Virus record (IMG/VR): IMGVR_UViG_3300028490_000010
Coordinates: 1-52,979 of that record
DNA: 52,979 nt
DNA from: a virus
Lineage: Duplodnaviria > Caudoviricetes
Direction: 5' to 3' (one strand)
The notes beneath the pieces were generated by a model. That model ran no database searches. It was not told the DNA's origin and saw only the letters and a program-made list of their open reading frames with translations. Below are positions 1 to 10,005 of this stretch, one piece after another. Made by a program: the position numbers and the translations under genes. Position 1 is the stretch's first letter; every line of letters begins with the position of its first letter.

Positions 1-288
1 CTCGCTCTTCTTGTTGAAGGTGAGTCTTATTTTGTAAGAAAATAGCTCAGGCTTGCCGTCTACTATTTTTCTCTCAGCCGTCTCTTTATAATACACAAGC
101 CTGTCTTCATTATCAAACTCATACAGGTCGGCATCCATTGCATCTCTCGAAGAACACTGGTTGAATATATTCCCAAGACTCACTCCGCTATCTGGCTTTT
201 CGCTTCTTCTGATGTTAATCATCTTCCCGTCAGCATCGACAGAAACCATCGCATCAAGCCATAGTCCGTGATAGCTATAGCTATCCAT
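1..288 (-). CDS. hypothetical protein (partial, runs off window)
   Basis: Open frame read by hand from ATG at 288 (MDSYSYHGLWLD...) to position 1. Confidence 0.6.
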   Translation of the reverse strand, partial: MDSYSYHGLWLDAMVSVDADGKMINIRRSEKPDSGVSLGNIFNQCSSRDAMDADLYEFDNEDRLVYYKETAERKIVDGKPELFSYKIRLTFNKKSE

Positions 289-293
289 TACAA

Positions 294-977
294 TTACGTA
301 CACATTACTGCCTTTTCTTGAACTGGCTCACATAGAAATGCCACTATGTCTCTTGCCTTAATTGCCGCACTCACAAACGACGCCTCTATTGATATACTGA
401 TCTTCTCATTACTCCCTGGTCTAAGGATTGCACACTCCCATTTGCCACCCACAACAACAGTAGGGGTTATCACTAGCCCGTATACATCGAGAACCTCTTG
501 AATTACAGCAACTCCTGTTGAAGCCTGACCAGCTCTAGCTTTGTCTGCAATGCCCTCTTTGTTGTCGGCAACCCTCATGGCAGCATCAACGTCTCCCTTG
601 TGCTTCACGAGTCTCCTGAAGCTTCCTAGCCCATACTTTGTTGAAGCATTTCTTTCTGCATCATATGTTGTGTACTCAATAACATTTGCTGTAAATATGT
701 ATTGCTGTCCCTCTTCAAAAATATCACTGACTAGCCACACATACTCCAAGTCTAGGATTTCTCCTTCAACAAACACTTTCACATCCACCAGTAGTGATGA
801 TGGCTTCTTGTATTTTCCTTTGGTCATTGAGTTCTTCTCTATAAGACCACCGACTCTAACCTCTTTCCCTAAGTAGGGCTTCAGCACCTCTCTGACATCC
901 ATTGGTTCATGCATAGCTGCCTGCATTAAATCTAATGCTGTCTGCTTGCCACTATCCATATCTTCTTGCTCATCCAT
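294..977 (-). CDS. hypothetical protein
   Basis: ORF track; start moved to MDEQ behind AGAGGT RBS. Confidence 0.7.
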   Translation of the reverse strand: MDEQEDMDSGKQTALDLMQAAMHEPMDVREVLKPYLGKEVRVGGLIEKNSMTKGKYKKPSSLLVDVKVFVEGEILDLEYVWLVSDIFEEGQQYIFTANVIEYTTYDAERNASTKYGLGSFRRLVKHKGDVDAAMRVADNKEGIADKARAGQASTGVAVIQEVLDVYGLVITPTVVVGGKWECAILRPGSNEKISISIEASFVSAAIKARDIVAFLCEPVQEKAVMCT

Positions 978-987
978 TCTGACCTCT

Positions 988-1293
988 TTATTTATTTTTT
1001 TCTTCAACATCCCATGTTGTCTCTAAGGGCTGTCCATCCAATAAGATATCGTATCCACTATTAAATACGACCATCTGTCCCCTTTTAGTGTCTTCGCAAT
1101 AAACACTATCGCCATCCACCTCTGTAAGCTTCGTGCACACATACTCTTCTTCCGCAGACAACCTCTTAAGGATATCTTTTCCGTGAACATCATACATTCT
1201 ATTAAGGGTATCCACAAGACGCTCTTTTGAAATATGCTCGTATGCAGGAGGAAGTGTTACTTCATACTCCTGCACTATTGTTATCTTCTTCAT
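988..1293 (-). CDS. hypothetical protein
   Basis: 101-aa ORF in co-oriented array. Confidence 0.65.
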   Translation of the reverse strand: MKKITIVQEYEVTLPPAYEHISKERLVDTLNRMYDVHGKDILKRLSAEEEYVCTKLTEVDGDSVYCEDTKRGQMVVFNSGYDILLDGQPLETTWDVEEKNK

Positions 1294-1296
1294 GCC

Positions 1297-2499
1297 TTAC
1301 TCCAACACTTTTCCGTCAGCATCGCAATCACGCCACACTATACCTACAGGCTTAGTTGGCTTATCATCCTTGCTTAGGGACTCAAACTCTATCTTAAGCC
1401 ACTGCCCTATCTTGTCGTCTGCAATAGCAGCTTCAGCCAGACGGACAGGAGCTGTACCTTTTCTTTTAACACTGAAGGTATGTAGCTTAGCAAACTTTTT
1501 ACCTTCAGTGCCACTCATCTCTCTGTGCTGATTATCGAAATCCTCTTGGGATATATTACACAAACACTCCCATACAGCATGTCCATACTTATCTATGTTG
1601 TATCCGATAACCTTGTACTCTCCGTCCAATGGAATTTTATACTTGAACACATCAGAGCTACGAACATTATATTCATACAGCCCATCTGCATTCCGGATAA
1701 TAATACCCTCATATCCTCTAGCGACACACTCTGTATGGTATGCCTCTATCTCCTCATGAGAATTTGCTTCTATTGAACCTATCATCTTCACATAGAATAG
1801 ATCTCCAACGGTAGCCATCTTCTCACGACGCACATCAAATGTATCGTCTGTCCCACAATAATCAAAAACATGGAATTCAAGATCACCCGTCATTCCATTC
1901 TCTTTTTTGGCTGCCGACTGTATGTCTTGTAAATGCTCTCCATGCAGATATAATTCTCCATTTATAGCTTCGACGTCTAGTTTTGTAAGAATGTGGTCAA
2001 GCTCTTGCTCCATTGAGTAGCTAGTTGTAACGAATTTCTCTTCGCTATCATAGTATCCTACCCTTCCCATTACGGTCACGGTTGGGTACTCATCCCCCCC
2101 TCTCTGAATGAGAGCCAGCCTATCTTCCCTAATTGCAAGTCCATTACCTCCATCTAGCTTAGGTGACATAAAACAAGGAAAGCGTACATTCTTCTTCTGG
2201 TCTTTGTAGCTTTTTACCTTCATGGCGAGCTTATGGCTAGACTCTCCGGTTTCGTTTAAGACATAACGCTCCTTGCACTTTTTAGCATGCTTAGCAAGAG
2301 CTTCTTTGTATGCCTGCTCTTCGTCTGTTGTAGCGTTAGCCTTGCCCTCATTCTTCCCTTGGCACGTGGTCTTATGGAAGGTTGGCCTATCTGTTCCTAC
2401 CTGACCTGTCTCAACAGTTATCTCGGCCCCCTCAACAGTAATGTTGCAATATACAATAGCATCGGTTTTAGTCTTTTTATATAGTCTTTCCAATCTCAT
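1297..2499 (-). CDS. lig: ATP-dependent DNA ligase with N-terminal WGR-like extension
   Basis: Motif I SPKLDG, motif III NGELY, motif IIIa FHVFD, motif IV EGIIIR, motif V FKYK, C-terminal OB-like region. Confidence 0.9.
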   Translation of the reverse strand: MRLERLYKKTKTDAIVYCNITVEGAEITVETGQVGTDRPTFHKTTCQGKNEGKANATTDEEQAYKEALAKHAKKCKERYVLNETGESSHKLAMKVKSYKDQKKNVRFPCFMSPKLDGGNGLAIREDRLALIQRGGDEYPTVTVMGRVGYYDSEEKFVTTSYSMEQELDHILTKLDVEAINGELYLHGEHLQDIQSAAKKENGMTGDLEFHVFDYCGTDDTFDVRREKMATVGDLFYVKMIGSIEANSHEEIEAYHTECVARGYEGIIIRNADGLYEYNVRSSDVFKYKIPLDGEYKVIGYNIDKYGHAVWECLCNISQEDFDNQHREMSGTEGKKFAKLHTFSVKRKGTAPVRLAEAAIADDKIGQWLKIEFESLSKDDKPTKPVGIVWRDCDADGKVLE

Positions 2500-2500
2500 A

Positions 2501-3061
2501 CTACACACTCGCCATAACGCTTGCTGTCAAGTCTAGCTTTGAGGCAAACACTTCACTACTAGGTAGCCACTCTTCGCAGCTTGTTCTATCATAGCACACA
2601 TGATATTCAACAGAAGGCGTACCTTTTAATACAGTAAGTCTAAACCCTACAATTCTTGCTCTACCGGCACTTCCGTTCTTTGCCTTCTTGAAGTAGATAT
2701 GAGAACCGTCACTAAACACTGCTGCTGTAAAGTCTCTCATTGAATAGCCTCCTACATTAGCATCTTCTCTTCTTTGTGCCTCTGCTTCTTCTTCGGCACG
2801 TTCAGCTTCAACCATTTTAACGTACTCTGCTTCTCTAGCATCGTCATCTTCATTCCACGTGTGCCAGCCAGACAATAAACTTTCAAACCCAAACAGGTCT
2901 GCTGTAACATCACTCCCATCTGCATCTACAAAAATCTGCTGATGTGCATCGAACTCAAAGAACCCTCCCGGTCCAAAACTCTCATGTACTGCTTGTCCAC
3001 ACCCTGCTACCATAATCTCTATTGCATGTGCTCTTGTTCCGCTTTCTATTGTTCCTAACAT
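2501..3061 (-). CDS. hypothetical protein, possible C-terminal SH3/Tudor-like domain
   Basis: ORF track; start at MLGT behind AAGGGA. Confidence 0.65.
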   Translation of the reverse strand: MLGTIESGTRAHAIEIMVAGCGQAVHESFGPGGFFEFDAHQQIFVDADGSDVTADLFGFESLLSGWHTWNEDDDAREAEYVKMVEAERAEEEAEAQRREDANVGGYSMRDFTAAVFSDGSHIYFKKAKNGSAGRARIVGFRLTVLKGTPSVEYHVCYDRTSCEEWLPSSEVFASKLDLTASVMASV

Positions 3062-3104
3062 TGTATTCCCTTTTTTGTGTTTTTTATTGTTTGGTGACAC
3101 GTAC

Positions 3105-3962
3105 TCACCTAACGCCTCTTCTTTGTCTTATATTAATCTTTAGTATCTTTTCGCATGCCAACCTTGGCCATGCCGTCTGGTCTCTACCATCAAGCATTAT
3201 TATTGTGGGCTCTAAAGTGTTTCTGCTAAATAAAAATGTGGATGTGCTTCCGCCTGGTGCACCGTCTTCCATAAGCTCATTTAGAGTAACGCAATCATTC
3301 ATATCCCTAATTATGCTTGAAGCTTCATCAAGTTTTTCATTGTAAGTATCCTCATCGTAGTGCTCTCGTCCAAGATGCCTAACTCCAGCAATCTTCTTGC
3401 ACTTATTACAATATACTTCTCCATACCACATAGACAATGTATTTATTAGTTCTTTTTCCTGCAAATTTTCTCCACAAAAACAGCACTCCAAGCCTGTCTC
3501 TTCTGTGCTCCAGTAGTGACCAATACCTCTATCCTCAAATGCAGCAATTATTACTTCAACATTGTATGTATCGCCTGCATAATATACAAATACACCATTT
3601 TGTTGATACTCATTTCCCCACCCCATAGAAAATGATGGTCTCTCTTTGTATTTATTCATCTTTAGGAAGCTACTGACTCTGTCTGCATACTTGTTTGCAT
3701 CGTCTTCCAATTCAAATGTCTTATATTGCCTATGCTCGTACTTGCCTGGGTTCTTGTTTATAAGCTCTTTTGTTATGTTCTGATGGCTCCTGCTTGCCTG
3801 GCACATGTAGTATATCTGCAAAGCAGTATACTTGTATTTTGTGTTCATTCTAAAGGCAGGGCGAACAGAATGCATTTGTCTACTAAACACCATATACCTC
3901 CTCCATCTCATCGTATGGTAAAAATATTCTCCTATACATTTCAGATACGTGACTGTTTTCAT
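3105..3962 (-). CDS. hypothetical protein with CxxC...CxxC zinc motif
   Basis: 285-aa ORF; CCFCG and CNKCK. Confidence 0.65.
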   Translation of the reverse strand: MKTVTYLKCIGEYFYHTMRWRRYMVFSRQMHSVRPAFRMNTKYKYTALQIYYMCQASRSHQNITKELINKNPGKYEHRQYKTFELEDDANKYADRVSSFLKMNKYKERPSFSMGWGNEYQQNGVFVYYAGDTYNVEVIIAAFEDRGIGHYWSTEETGLECCFCGENLQEKELINTLSMWYGEVYCNKCKKIAGVRHLGREHYDEDTYNEKLDEASSIIRDMNDCVTLNELMEDGAPGGSTSTFLFSRNTLEPTIIMLDGRDQTAWPRLACEKILKINIRQRRGVR

Positions 3963-4647
3963 CCCCAGACAAACTCCAGGTTCTGCCTTTCATTCTTGAT
4001 AGAACGGAACTTCTGTACACCTCTATAATGTCATCATTGTCTTTGTCAATATCGTGCAATTTAAAATACTTCTGTAGCATTGATGTGTTTGCTCCAGATA
4101 TGCGTGATAAAGCACTCCACGTTATACCCCTATTTGAATTTTTTGCTGCAAGCATCTCTGCCTCTATCCCATATCTTCGGATCAATACTTCTGGTGCAAT
4201 ATCAGAGATATACTTTGATGCATACATGTAACTATCTTCCTCTAACTTAACTAGGCCCCTGTTTATCTTAGCAAACATGCATATAATCTTATCTACATAC
4301 TCATCAGGAATGACATTCTCGCCATAAACAATATCCGGATCTAAAATTAACAATGGGTCCTCTGCAACAAATCTCAATTCAGAAAGCATTGTAGCTAGGT
4401 TATCAAAATCCATAGTTCTGAGTGCCTCCATCATTCCTTCAGTAATATTATCTCTAGTCTTCATGAAATCTAAAATCCTACCAAACCCAAACTCTGATAC
4501 CATTATCTGAGAGCACTCGTAACATACAGTTACTATGCCGTTGTCTCTTGTTATCTCGTATGTCTTGAAATTTCCAGGAGGCGACCATGAGTAATCATGG
4601 GCATCAGCACCACATATATCACATGTGCTATAAGTTGCATTAGCCAT
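3883..4647 (-). CDS. hypothetical protein, N-terminal zinc finger, possible C-terminal HTH
   Basis: CDICG...CYEC; ITWSALSRISGANTSMLQKYF is HTH-like. Confidence 0.6.
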   Translation of the reverse strand: MANATYSTCDICGADAHDYSWSPPGNFKTYEITRDNGIVTVCYECSQIMVSEFGFGRILDFMKTRDNITEGMMEALRTMDFDNLATMLSELRFVAEDPLLILDPDIVYGENVIPDEYVDKIICMFAKINRGLVKLEEDSYMYASKYISDIAPEVLIRRYGIEAEMLAAKNSNRGITWSALSRISGANTSMLQKYFKLHDIDKDNDDIIEVYRSSVLSRMKGRTWSLSGDENSHVSEMYRRIFLPYDEMEEVYGV

Positions 4648-4942
4648 TATTACAATCCTCCAACAAGCTTGTGTCTGAAGTCGGAATAGCATGTAGATTG
4701 CCGATAAGTTTTACATTTCTGTCTTTGAGCCCATTAGCTGCTACAACTGCTGATATCTCAACCTTATAACTTTCAATAACCTGATGAGATAGCTTACTCA
4801 TAGCCATCGCTTGTGCTGGTTCAGTTTTTCCTGCTCTGAGATTAATCATCTCCTCAAACATAAACCTTCTTAGCGTTCCAAGTGTATTGTTTTGGACGCT
4901 TTGCTTATCCTGTAGTTCTTGATTTGTTATTTCATCTTGCAT
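4640..4942 (-). CDS. conserved-looking helical phage protein
   Basis: LRRFMFEEMINL...AMAMSKLSHQVIESYKVE resembles a common phage hypothetical family. Confidence 0.65.
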   Translation of the reverse strand: MQDEITNQELQDKQSVQNNTLGTLRRFMFEEMINLRAGKTEPAQAMAMSKLSHQVIESYKVEISAVVAANGLKDRNVKLIGNLHAIPTSDTSLLEDCNNG

Positions 4943-4953
4943 ATTTTTCCCTT

Positions 4954-5193
4954 CTATAATTCTATAAGTATATGATCTACTTCTTCCTCACTCATTCCTT
5001 CTTCTATCATGTAGAAGTCGTACTCTGCCTGTATTGCCAAGTTTACATTTTGCTGGTCTTCATGGAACTCTGTGCATGTGCAATCCACATTGCGACATTC
5101 CTCGTTCTCATACCAGTTCAGCCACTTACACTCATGGCATACTTTTAAGTCCGACGGCTTACCTACAGCCGTCTGTAGTTCCATCTCAATCAT
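4954..5193 (-). CDS. small zinc-binding acidic protein
   Basis: CHEC...CRNVDC; start overlaps upstream stop. Confidence 0.6.
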   Translation of the reverse strand: MIEMELQTAVGKPSDLKVCHECKWLNWYENEECRNVDCTCTEFHEDQQNVNLAIQAEYDFYMIEEGMSEEEVDHILIEL

Positions 5194-5359
5194 TTGATTT
5201 TTCTCTTGGTGTTCCTGACGAAATAAGAATATCCACATCAGCCATCGCCTCTGCCATTTCTTTTGCCATCTCTGGAGTTTCTGCCTCGACCTTGCTTGTG
5301 CGTGTTATCTTGTGCCCATTAAACGATACTGATACCGTTACTTCGTATTTTTTATCCAT
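5186..5359 (-). CDS. small beta-beta-alpha protein (not in ORF track)
   Basis: 57 aa read by hand: MDKKYEVTVSVSFNGHKITRTSKVEAETPEMAKEMAE...; AAGGAG upstream. Confidence 0.65.
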   Translation of the reverse strand: MDKKYEVTVSVSFNGHKITRTSKVEAETPEMAKEMAEAMADVDILISSGTPREKSND

Positions 5360-5558
5360 CTTTTTCTCCTTCTATGAGTTGTACCGAGTCCTTGTGAACA
5401 AGAACCGCCTCTGTATTTACTTGTCTTTTCATCATACCTACTGTATATCTGCCTCTAAGAATATAATGCATATCCTTATTGCTATCACAGAAGTAGAAAC
5501 CTTCTACCTTACAATCCATTTCAATAGATGTGCCAGTAAATAAAAACTTCCCATGCAT
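5352..5558 (-). CDS. hypothetical protein
   Basis: 68-aa ORF with GGAG RBS. Confidence 0.55.
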   Translation of the reverse strand: MHGKFLFTGTSIEMDCKVEGFYFCDSNKDMHYILRGRYTVGMMKRQVNTEAVLVHKDSVQLIEGEKDG

Positions 5559-5566
5559 ATCAACTC

Positions 5567-5746
5567 CTATTGTTTAAAACCATCTGCAGTTCTAGCACTA
5601 AAAGAGTTGTACACTCTCACCATTTCTTGACCACAAGCCTTGCAAAGCTCAATAGACGTACACTCGGACATAGGCTTGTCAATATCTATACCCTTTCCTG
5701 CTTCGTCACAATTCTCTTTTACACACTTGTATGTATATGTTGCCAT
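5567..5746 (-). CDS. FmdB-family zinc ribbon protein (not in ORF track)
   Basis: 59 aa read by hand: MATYTYKC...C...CKACGQEMVRVY; AGGAG RBS. Confidence 0.7.
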   Translation of the reverse strand: MATYTYKCVKENCDEAGKGIDIDKPMSECTSIELCKACGQEMVRVYNSFSARTADGFKQ

Positions 5747-5777
5747 TTTAAGCTCCTATTTTATTCTCATGCGTCAC

Positions 5778-5969
5778 TCACCAAGCCAACACTTGACCCT
5801 TGGGATGCACCTTCCCATCGCTTACTACAACTGTCGATATCTTCTCAAATCCCTCTATAGAATTATTCGCTTGCATCAACTCCTCTTTGCTTAACTTGCA
5901 GTCTTTCATTACAGTGGTGAAGTCTCCACCATCTGCAATCATTTGTGCTGCTTTACTTATCTTGCTCAT
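5778..5969 (-). CDS. hypothetical protein
   Basis: 63-aa ORF, ATGA overlap with upstream gene. Confidence 0.55.
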   Translation of the reverse strand: MSKISKAAQMIADGGDFTTVMKDCKLSKEELMQANNSIEGFEKISTVVVSDGKVHPKGQVLAW

Positions 5970-6733
5970 CTTTCTATTACAGCAGAGGCAAGAGCATCAG
6001 CATGTTTTTCCATAAAGACAGTCTTGTCCTCTTTTGAGAAAGAGAAATCAAGCGGATCATCCATCCAAATAACAGATGTTACATCCCAATTCTTAATAGC
6101 TATATCTCTAATGACTTCAGCATTATCTTTAACCCATGCTTGGATCTCGTCAGTTACACCATCTTGACTAAAGTCATCAACACTAGCCGGGATCTTTGTC
6201 TTATAGACATCATCTCTACTATCATCGATAACCTTTACAAGGATACTATCCTCTCCATAATTGAAATCATCATTATTGAACGTAGGATATACCATGAAAT
6301 TCTTTTCTCTTCTACCTAATTCATTGAACGATACCATATGCTGATATGCTCTACCTACTGCCTCAAGAGTAGACTCATCCTCTGTCTTACTAAAGATAAA
6401 CAAGTCCTTCATATTTTTATATGCATCCGTAGCATATGCTTTAAGTTTAGCTTTGAACAATATCATCTCGTCGTCATACAACTCGAAGTCATCAACATGA
6501 ACATCACCCTCTTCCTTAAGAAGAAGCATCAGTTCATCTAACTCTCTTATGGTATAGTATGCCATCTCTCCATGCTCATATATTCCTCTACTTGCAGCAT
6601 AGAAGACACTCTCCAAAAAAGGGCCCTCTTGATTTTTCAAGTTTGTCTCAAAGATAACAACATTTCTTTGATTTATGACGTCCGACTTCTCTGTTCCTGT
6701 GACCTCTACTGGTCTTCCATATTCATTACTCAT
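5966..6733 (-). CDS. acidic hypothetical protein
   Basis: 255-aa ORF, AAAGGA RBS, promoter upstream. Confidence 0.7.
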   Translation of the reverse strand: MSNEYGRPVEVTGTEKSDVINQRNVVIFETNLKNQEGPFLESVFYAASRGIYEHGEMAYYTIRELDELMLLLKEEGDVHVDDFELYDDEMILFKAKLKAYATDAYKNMKDLFIFSKTEDESTLEAVGRAYQHMVSFNELGRREKNFMVYPTFNNDDFNYGEDSILVKVIDDSRDDVYKTKIPASVDDFSQDGVTDEIQAWVKDNAEVIRDIAIKNWDVTSVIWMDDPLDFSFSKEDKTVFMEKHADALASAVIER

Positions 6734-6763
6734 TATTAAATCCTTTCGTGTTAAACACTCCCT

Positions 6764-6792
6764 ATTATAGCCGTATTACAGGCACAATCCAA
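6764..6792 (-). promoter_or_regulatory. sigma70-like promoter TTGGAT-N17-TATAAT
   Basis: Minus strand reads TTGGAT tgtgcctgtaatacggc TATAAT, 30 bp upstream of ATG 6733, in a rare intergenic gap. Confidence 0.65.
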
Positions 6793-6887
6793 TAGTAATT
6801 TTGACCCATCTAATAGTGTATAATTAGACATGTTTAGATCCAGTTGGACCCTTAAATCACATATTAAGCTTAAATACACTCGGTTAC

Positions 6888-7112
6888 TCATTTTAGATCA
6901 TATGCTGTTACAGTGTCCGGCTTCTTTCGTCTGTCCACGAGAGCGGAAGGAGGTGTTGGGATTATAGTTCTAATATCTATCACACCTCGCTGTCTAACCT
7001 TTTTGGCGACCTCTCCTCTGCGTCTCTCGGCATCTCCAAGATCCTCATAAAATCCAAACTCAGCAACTTCCTTACCTAGTTCATCCAAGAACCTTACTTT
7101 GTATATCTCCAT
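6888..7112 (-). CDS. hypothetical protein
   Basis: 74-aa ORF. Confidence 0.6.
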   Translation of the reverse strand: MEIYKVRFLDELGKEVAEFGFYEDLGDAERRRGEVAKKVRQRGVIDIRTIIPTPPSALVDRRKKPDTVTAYDLK

Positions 7113-7115
7113 GTA

Positions 7116-7511
7116 TTATGCCTTCCACTTAGTGTCATCTGTAACTTCGGATCTCTTAACCACATCCCAACTAACAGAACCTGTCCCATTGCCTCTCCAC
7201 GCATACTGATCCTTGCTGCACTCTTTATCAGCAAGAACCTTGCTTGTAAATATAGCAATCACTTCTCGTGTGTAATTACTATTCATTGACATGGGGTTAC
7301 ATTTACTCTCATGTGTATGCACAATCACATAGTCTTCACTCCCATCCACTATGGTTCCGTCAAGTACGTGATCTACAAACATGGTAGAAACAAAACCTTT
7401 TGCATCTTCAAGCGATACGACCTTAGCATCTTCATTAAAGCAGTCTGCTGTCTGAGCCATCTTTGTTATTTCCTCAAGTCTCTCTTCTCTTGTTTTAATA
7501 CCTTTTGCCAT
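7116..7511 (-). CDS. hypothetical protein
   Basis: 131-aa ORF with GGAGG RBS. Confidence 0.65.
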   Translation of the reverse strand: MAKGIKTREERLEEITKMAQTADCFNEDAKVVSLEDAKGFVSTMFVDHVLDGTIVDGSEDYVIVHTHESKCNPMSMNSNYTREVIAIFTSKVLADKECSKDQYAWRGNGTGSVSWDVVKRSEVTDDTKWKA

Positions 7512-7514
7512 CTC

Positions 7515-7715
7515 TTATACCTCCGCCTTTGCTGTGCCTATAGTTGTATGGATACGGATATTATCATCTGCACTTTCCTCTGCCATGCGTCTAGCAACTC
7601 TCCCGGACACAGGCTTCTTCCCTTCTACTGTAATAGGAACTACAATTTTTCTTCCTTGAACCTCTACGGTCACATCTACTTTCCATTTCTTACTTACTTC
7701 TGCTTCTGTACTCAT
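7515..7715 (-). CDS. small beta-beta-alpha protein
   Basis: KKWKVDVTVEV...ITVEG...ARRMAEE. Confidence 0.6.
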   Translation of the reverse strand: MSTEAEVSKKWKVDVTVEVQGRKIVVPITVEGKKPVSGRVARRMAEESADDNIRIHTTIGTAKAEV

Positions 7716-9334
7716 TACGCAACCTTTGTGTTTATTGCTGCCATTACAGCTCGTCTTGTAAACGCACTATAATCCAACTCTAGTAGGGCATCACCTCTGA
7801 TACCACCAATCTTCTTTGTGTCTATATGGAACCGGTCACAGAAAGCCTGTGTACCAGACGTACAATTTCCACTATCTATACTGTCATTAAAGCTAACAAA
7901 TACTCTCTCTGCCTTAGATACAATCACATCTTTCTCATGCATTTCTGTGAGCCTCATTGTTAAGCTCGTAGATATACTATTGTAGAACTTCTTAGGAGTA
8001 GTCTCAAACAAGTCTGCCAAAGAGAAGTGGTACTCCTCGTTTCGGTACTTGACCGCCCATGCCTTAGCATAAGTGAAGTCTCCAATCCTACTATACACAA
8101 GCTCTTTGCCTTCTCTTTCTACTATCTCTCGAAGCATAGGTAGATGCTTGTATGTCCCGAACAAGTATTCTCTCTCGTCCATATTTTTGGTGAGGAACTT
8201 CTCGTAAGCAGTCATGACTATAGCTGCCTCTCTATCCCCATCACCGTAATCAACGTACTCTCTTATCTCATTTCTTATATCAAACATATCCATAGGAGAG
8301 TCTGCATATTCCTGTTTTCTAAGGATTGGAAGATTGAAAAGCCCGTCATTGTATTCCCAGTTCGCATTGCTTTCCCAAGATCCTATTTCAAGTTCGTTCA
8401 TGATAAGCCCATCTATTTCAAGGGACTTCTTCATTTCCTCCACTGACTGAACAACCTCGTCAACCTCCCTATCCTCTGCCATGTTTGCATACACCCAGAG
8501 TTCTTCCTCTTCGACAAGCTCTCCGTCTTCATCTATATATGTGATGTATTCGTCTCTCTGTTCAATACCACTTGTTACATACCAGTCTTTCCCTTTTCTG
8601 GCATATACAGACACTCTTCCACTCGGATCAAGGTAGTTGAACGGGTCTTCATCTGCCATTGTAAAGTTCCAAAAATCATCAACCACACTATCATTATAGT
8701 TTGACATCTTTCCGTCGATACGTGGAACCTCGCTATCATCAAGACATAAGGCAGGACCATGAAACAAAGTATAGTCCCCATTATAATCCCACGACGAGCC
8801 ATTTCTGGACTCGCTAAAACTAATAAGGTCTTCAGGCTCATCCCAAGAAGAGTCAAAAGACTCCTGTTGTATTTCTACCTTGTCTATAGCCCATACCAAT
8901 TCTTTATACAAGTCAAGTTGTGACTCTTTATACGAGTGATACTTAGTAATAGGCCAGTAAGCTTTCACCTCTGGCTTTGTATACACAGATATAAACTCTA
9001 CGTTTTTAAAGTCATTGGCAATGAGCTTCTCTATTGAGAACCGATCAAGAGAACCAACATGGTTATTGTCATAGTTAAACGACTTTGTTCCAAACCCCTC
9101 AACATAAATGCGTATTTCCTTTGCGTATACTCTATCTATACCCTTGGCTTCTATCGCTTTCACTAGAGACACTCTCTCTTTTTTATACTCTTCTTTATCT
9201 TCGGCATTGAGATACCACGAAGAAGTAACCCAGCTTGGTCTCGTAATTATCTCTGTACCTTTACCTTGGATGGAACGTCCTATCTCCCACCCCCACACTC
9301 GAATGTTCGTTTTTGTTATCTCTAAAGCATTCAT
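7715..9334 (-). CDS. large acidic hypothetical protein with C-terminal DSxxxGNCxxGT motif
   Basis: Long ORF; start moved to MNAL behind AAAGGA. Confidence 0.75.
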   Translation of the reverse strand: MNALEITKTNIRVWGWEIGRSIQGKGTEIITRPSWVTSSWYLNAEDKEEYKKERVSLVKAIEAKGIDRVYAKEIRIYVEGFGTKSFNYDNNHVGSLDRFSIEKLIANDFKNVEFISVYTKPEVKAYWPITKYHSYKESQLDLYKELVWAIDKVEIQQESFDSSWDEPEDLISFSESRNGSSWDYNGDYTLFHGPALCLDDSEVPRIDGKMSNYNDSVVDDFWNFTMADEDPFNYLDPSGRVSVYARKGKDWYVTSGIEQRDEYITYIDEDGELVEEEELWVYANMAEDREVDEVVQSVEEMKKSLEIDGLIMNELEIGSWESNANWEYNDGLFNLPILRKQEYADSPMDMFDIRNEIREYVDYGDGDREAAIVMTAYEKFLTKNMDEREYLFGTYKHLPMLREIVEREGKELVYSRIGDFTYAKAWAVKYRNEEYHFSLADLFETTPKKFYNSISTSLTMRLTEMHEKDVIVSKAERVFVSFNDSIDSGNCTSGTQAFCDRFHIDTKKIGGIRGDALLELDYSAFTRRAVMAAINTKVA

Positions 9335-9336
9335 AT

Positions 9337-9750
9337 CTATTCCTTTTCTGACTCTAATCTGTCCTCTATTTCTGAAGAAAGTTTCCATGTTGCATCTGAC
9401 TCTGCTTCCCACATAGCTGACACGATCTCGCTGCAATCATCGTCCGTCAACACGGTCAAAATGACTTCTTCTTCTACCTCTAGTTGCTCAGACAAGCTCT
9501 CTACGATAGAGTCCTTTAATAGGTTGTCATCAATGATATATTGACTCTTGCAACCACAGGCATATGTATCCCATGACGCATCAACTATCTCTTGACACAT
9601 ATCAAGACTCATGTTCCCAGGCTCTGTTTCAACTACCTCATCTCCAAGCAAGATAACAGTTTCATTTGCACCCTTGTCATAATGACAAACCCACTCATCA
9701 ACCATATTACTTGCCACTACTCTTCCCGTAAACTTATTAATTAATACCAT
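9337..9750 (-). CDS. acidic hypothetical protein
   Basis: 137-aa ORF, AGGAG RBS. Confidence 0.65.
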   Translation of the reverse strand: MVLINKFTGRVVASNMVDEWVCHYDKGANETVILLGDEVVETEPGNMSLDMCQEIVDASWDTYACGCKSQYIIDDNLLKDSIVESLSEQLEVEEEVILTVLTDDDCSEIVSAMWEAESDATWKLSSEIEDRLESEKE

Positions 9751-9759
9751 CTCTACTCC

Positions 9760-10005
9760 TTAGAAATTATCATTACTTGCTACAAATATGTCAATATCAC
9801 ACATCGAACAAACAGCTTCAATCTTATACCCTTTTCTCTCCACAAACCATATAAACTCATCCTCTGCGGTAAAGCCTTCTTCTCGCTCAGCAACATATGT
9901 AGTCGCCATATTTAATATATCCACAGGGGCATCTGTTGTAAACAGATCCTTCCCTGCAAGACTATCTTCATCTGCAGACTTTATATCTATGATTATGAAC
10001 CTCAT
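9760..10005 (-). CDS. hypothetical protein
   Basis: 81-aa ORF, ATGA overlap. Confidence 0.6.
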   Translation of the reverse strand: MRFIIIDIKSADEDSLAGKDLFTTDAPVDILNMATTYVAEREEGFTAEDEFIWFVERKGYKIEAVCSMCDIDIFVASNDNF

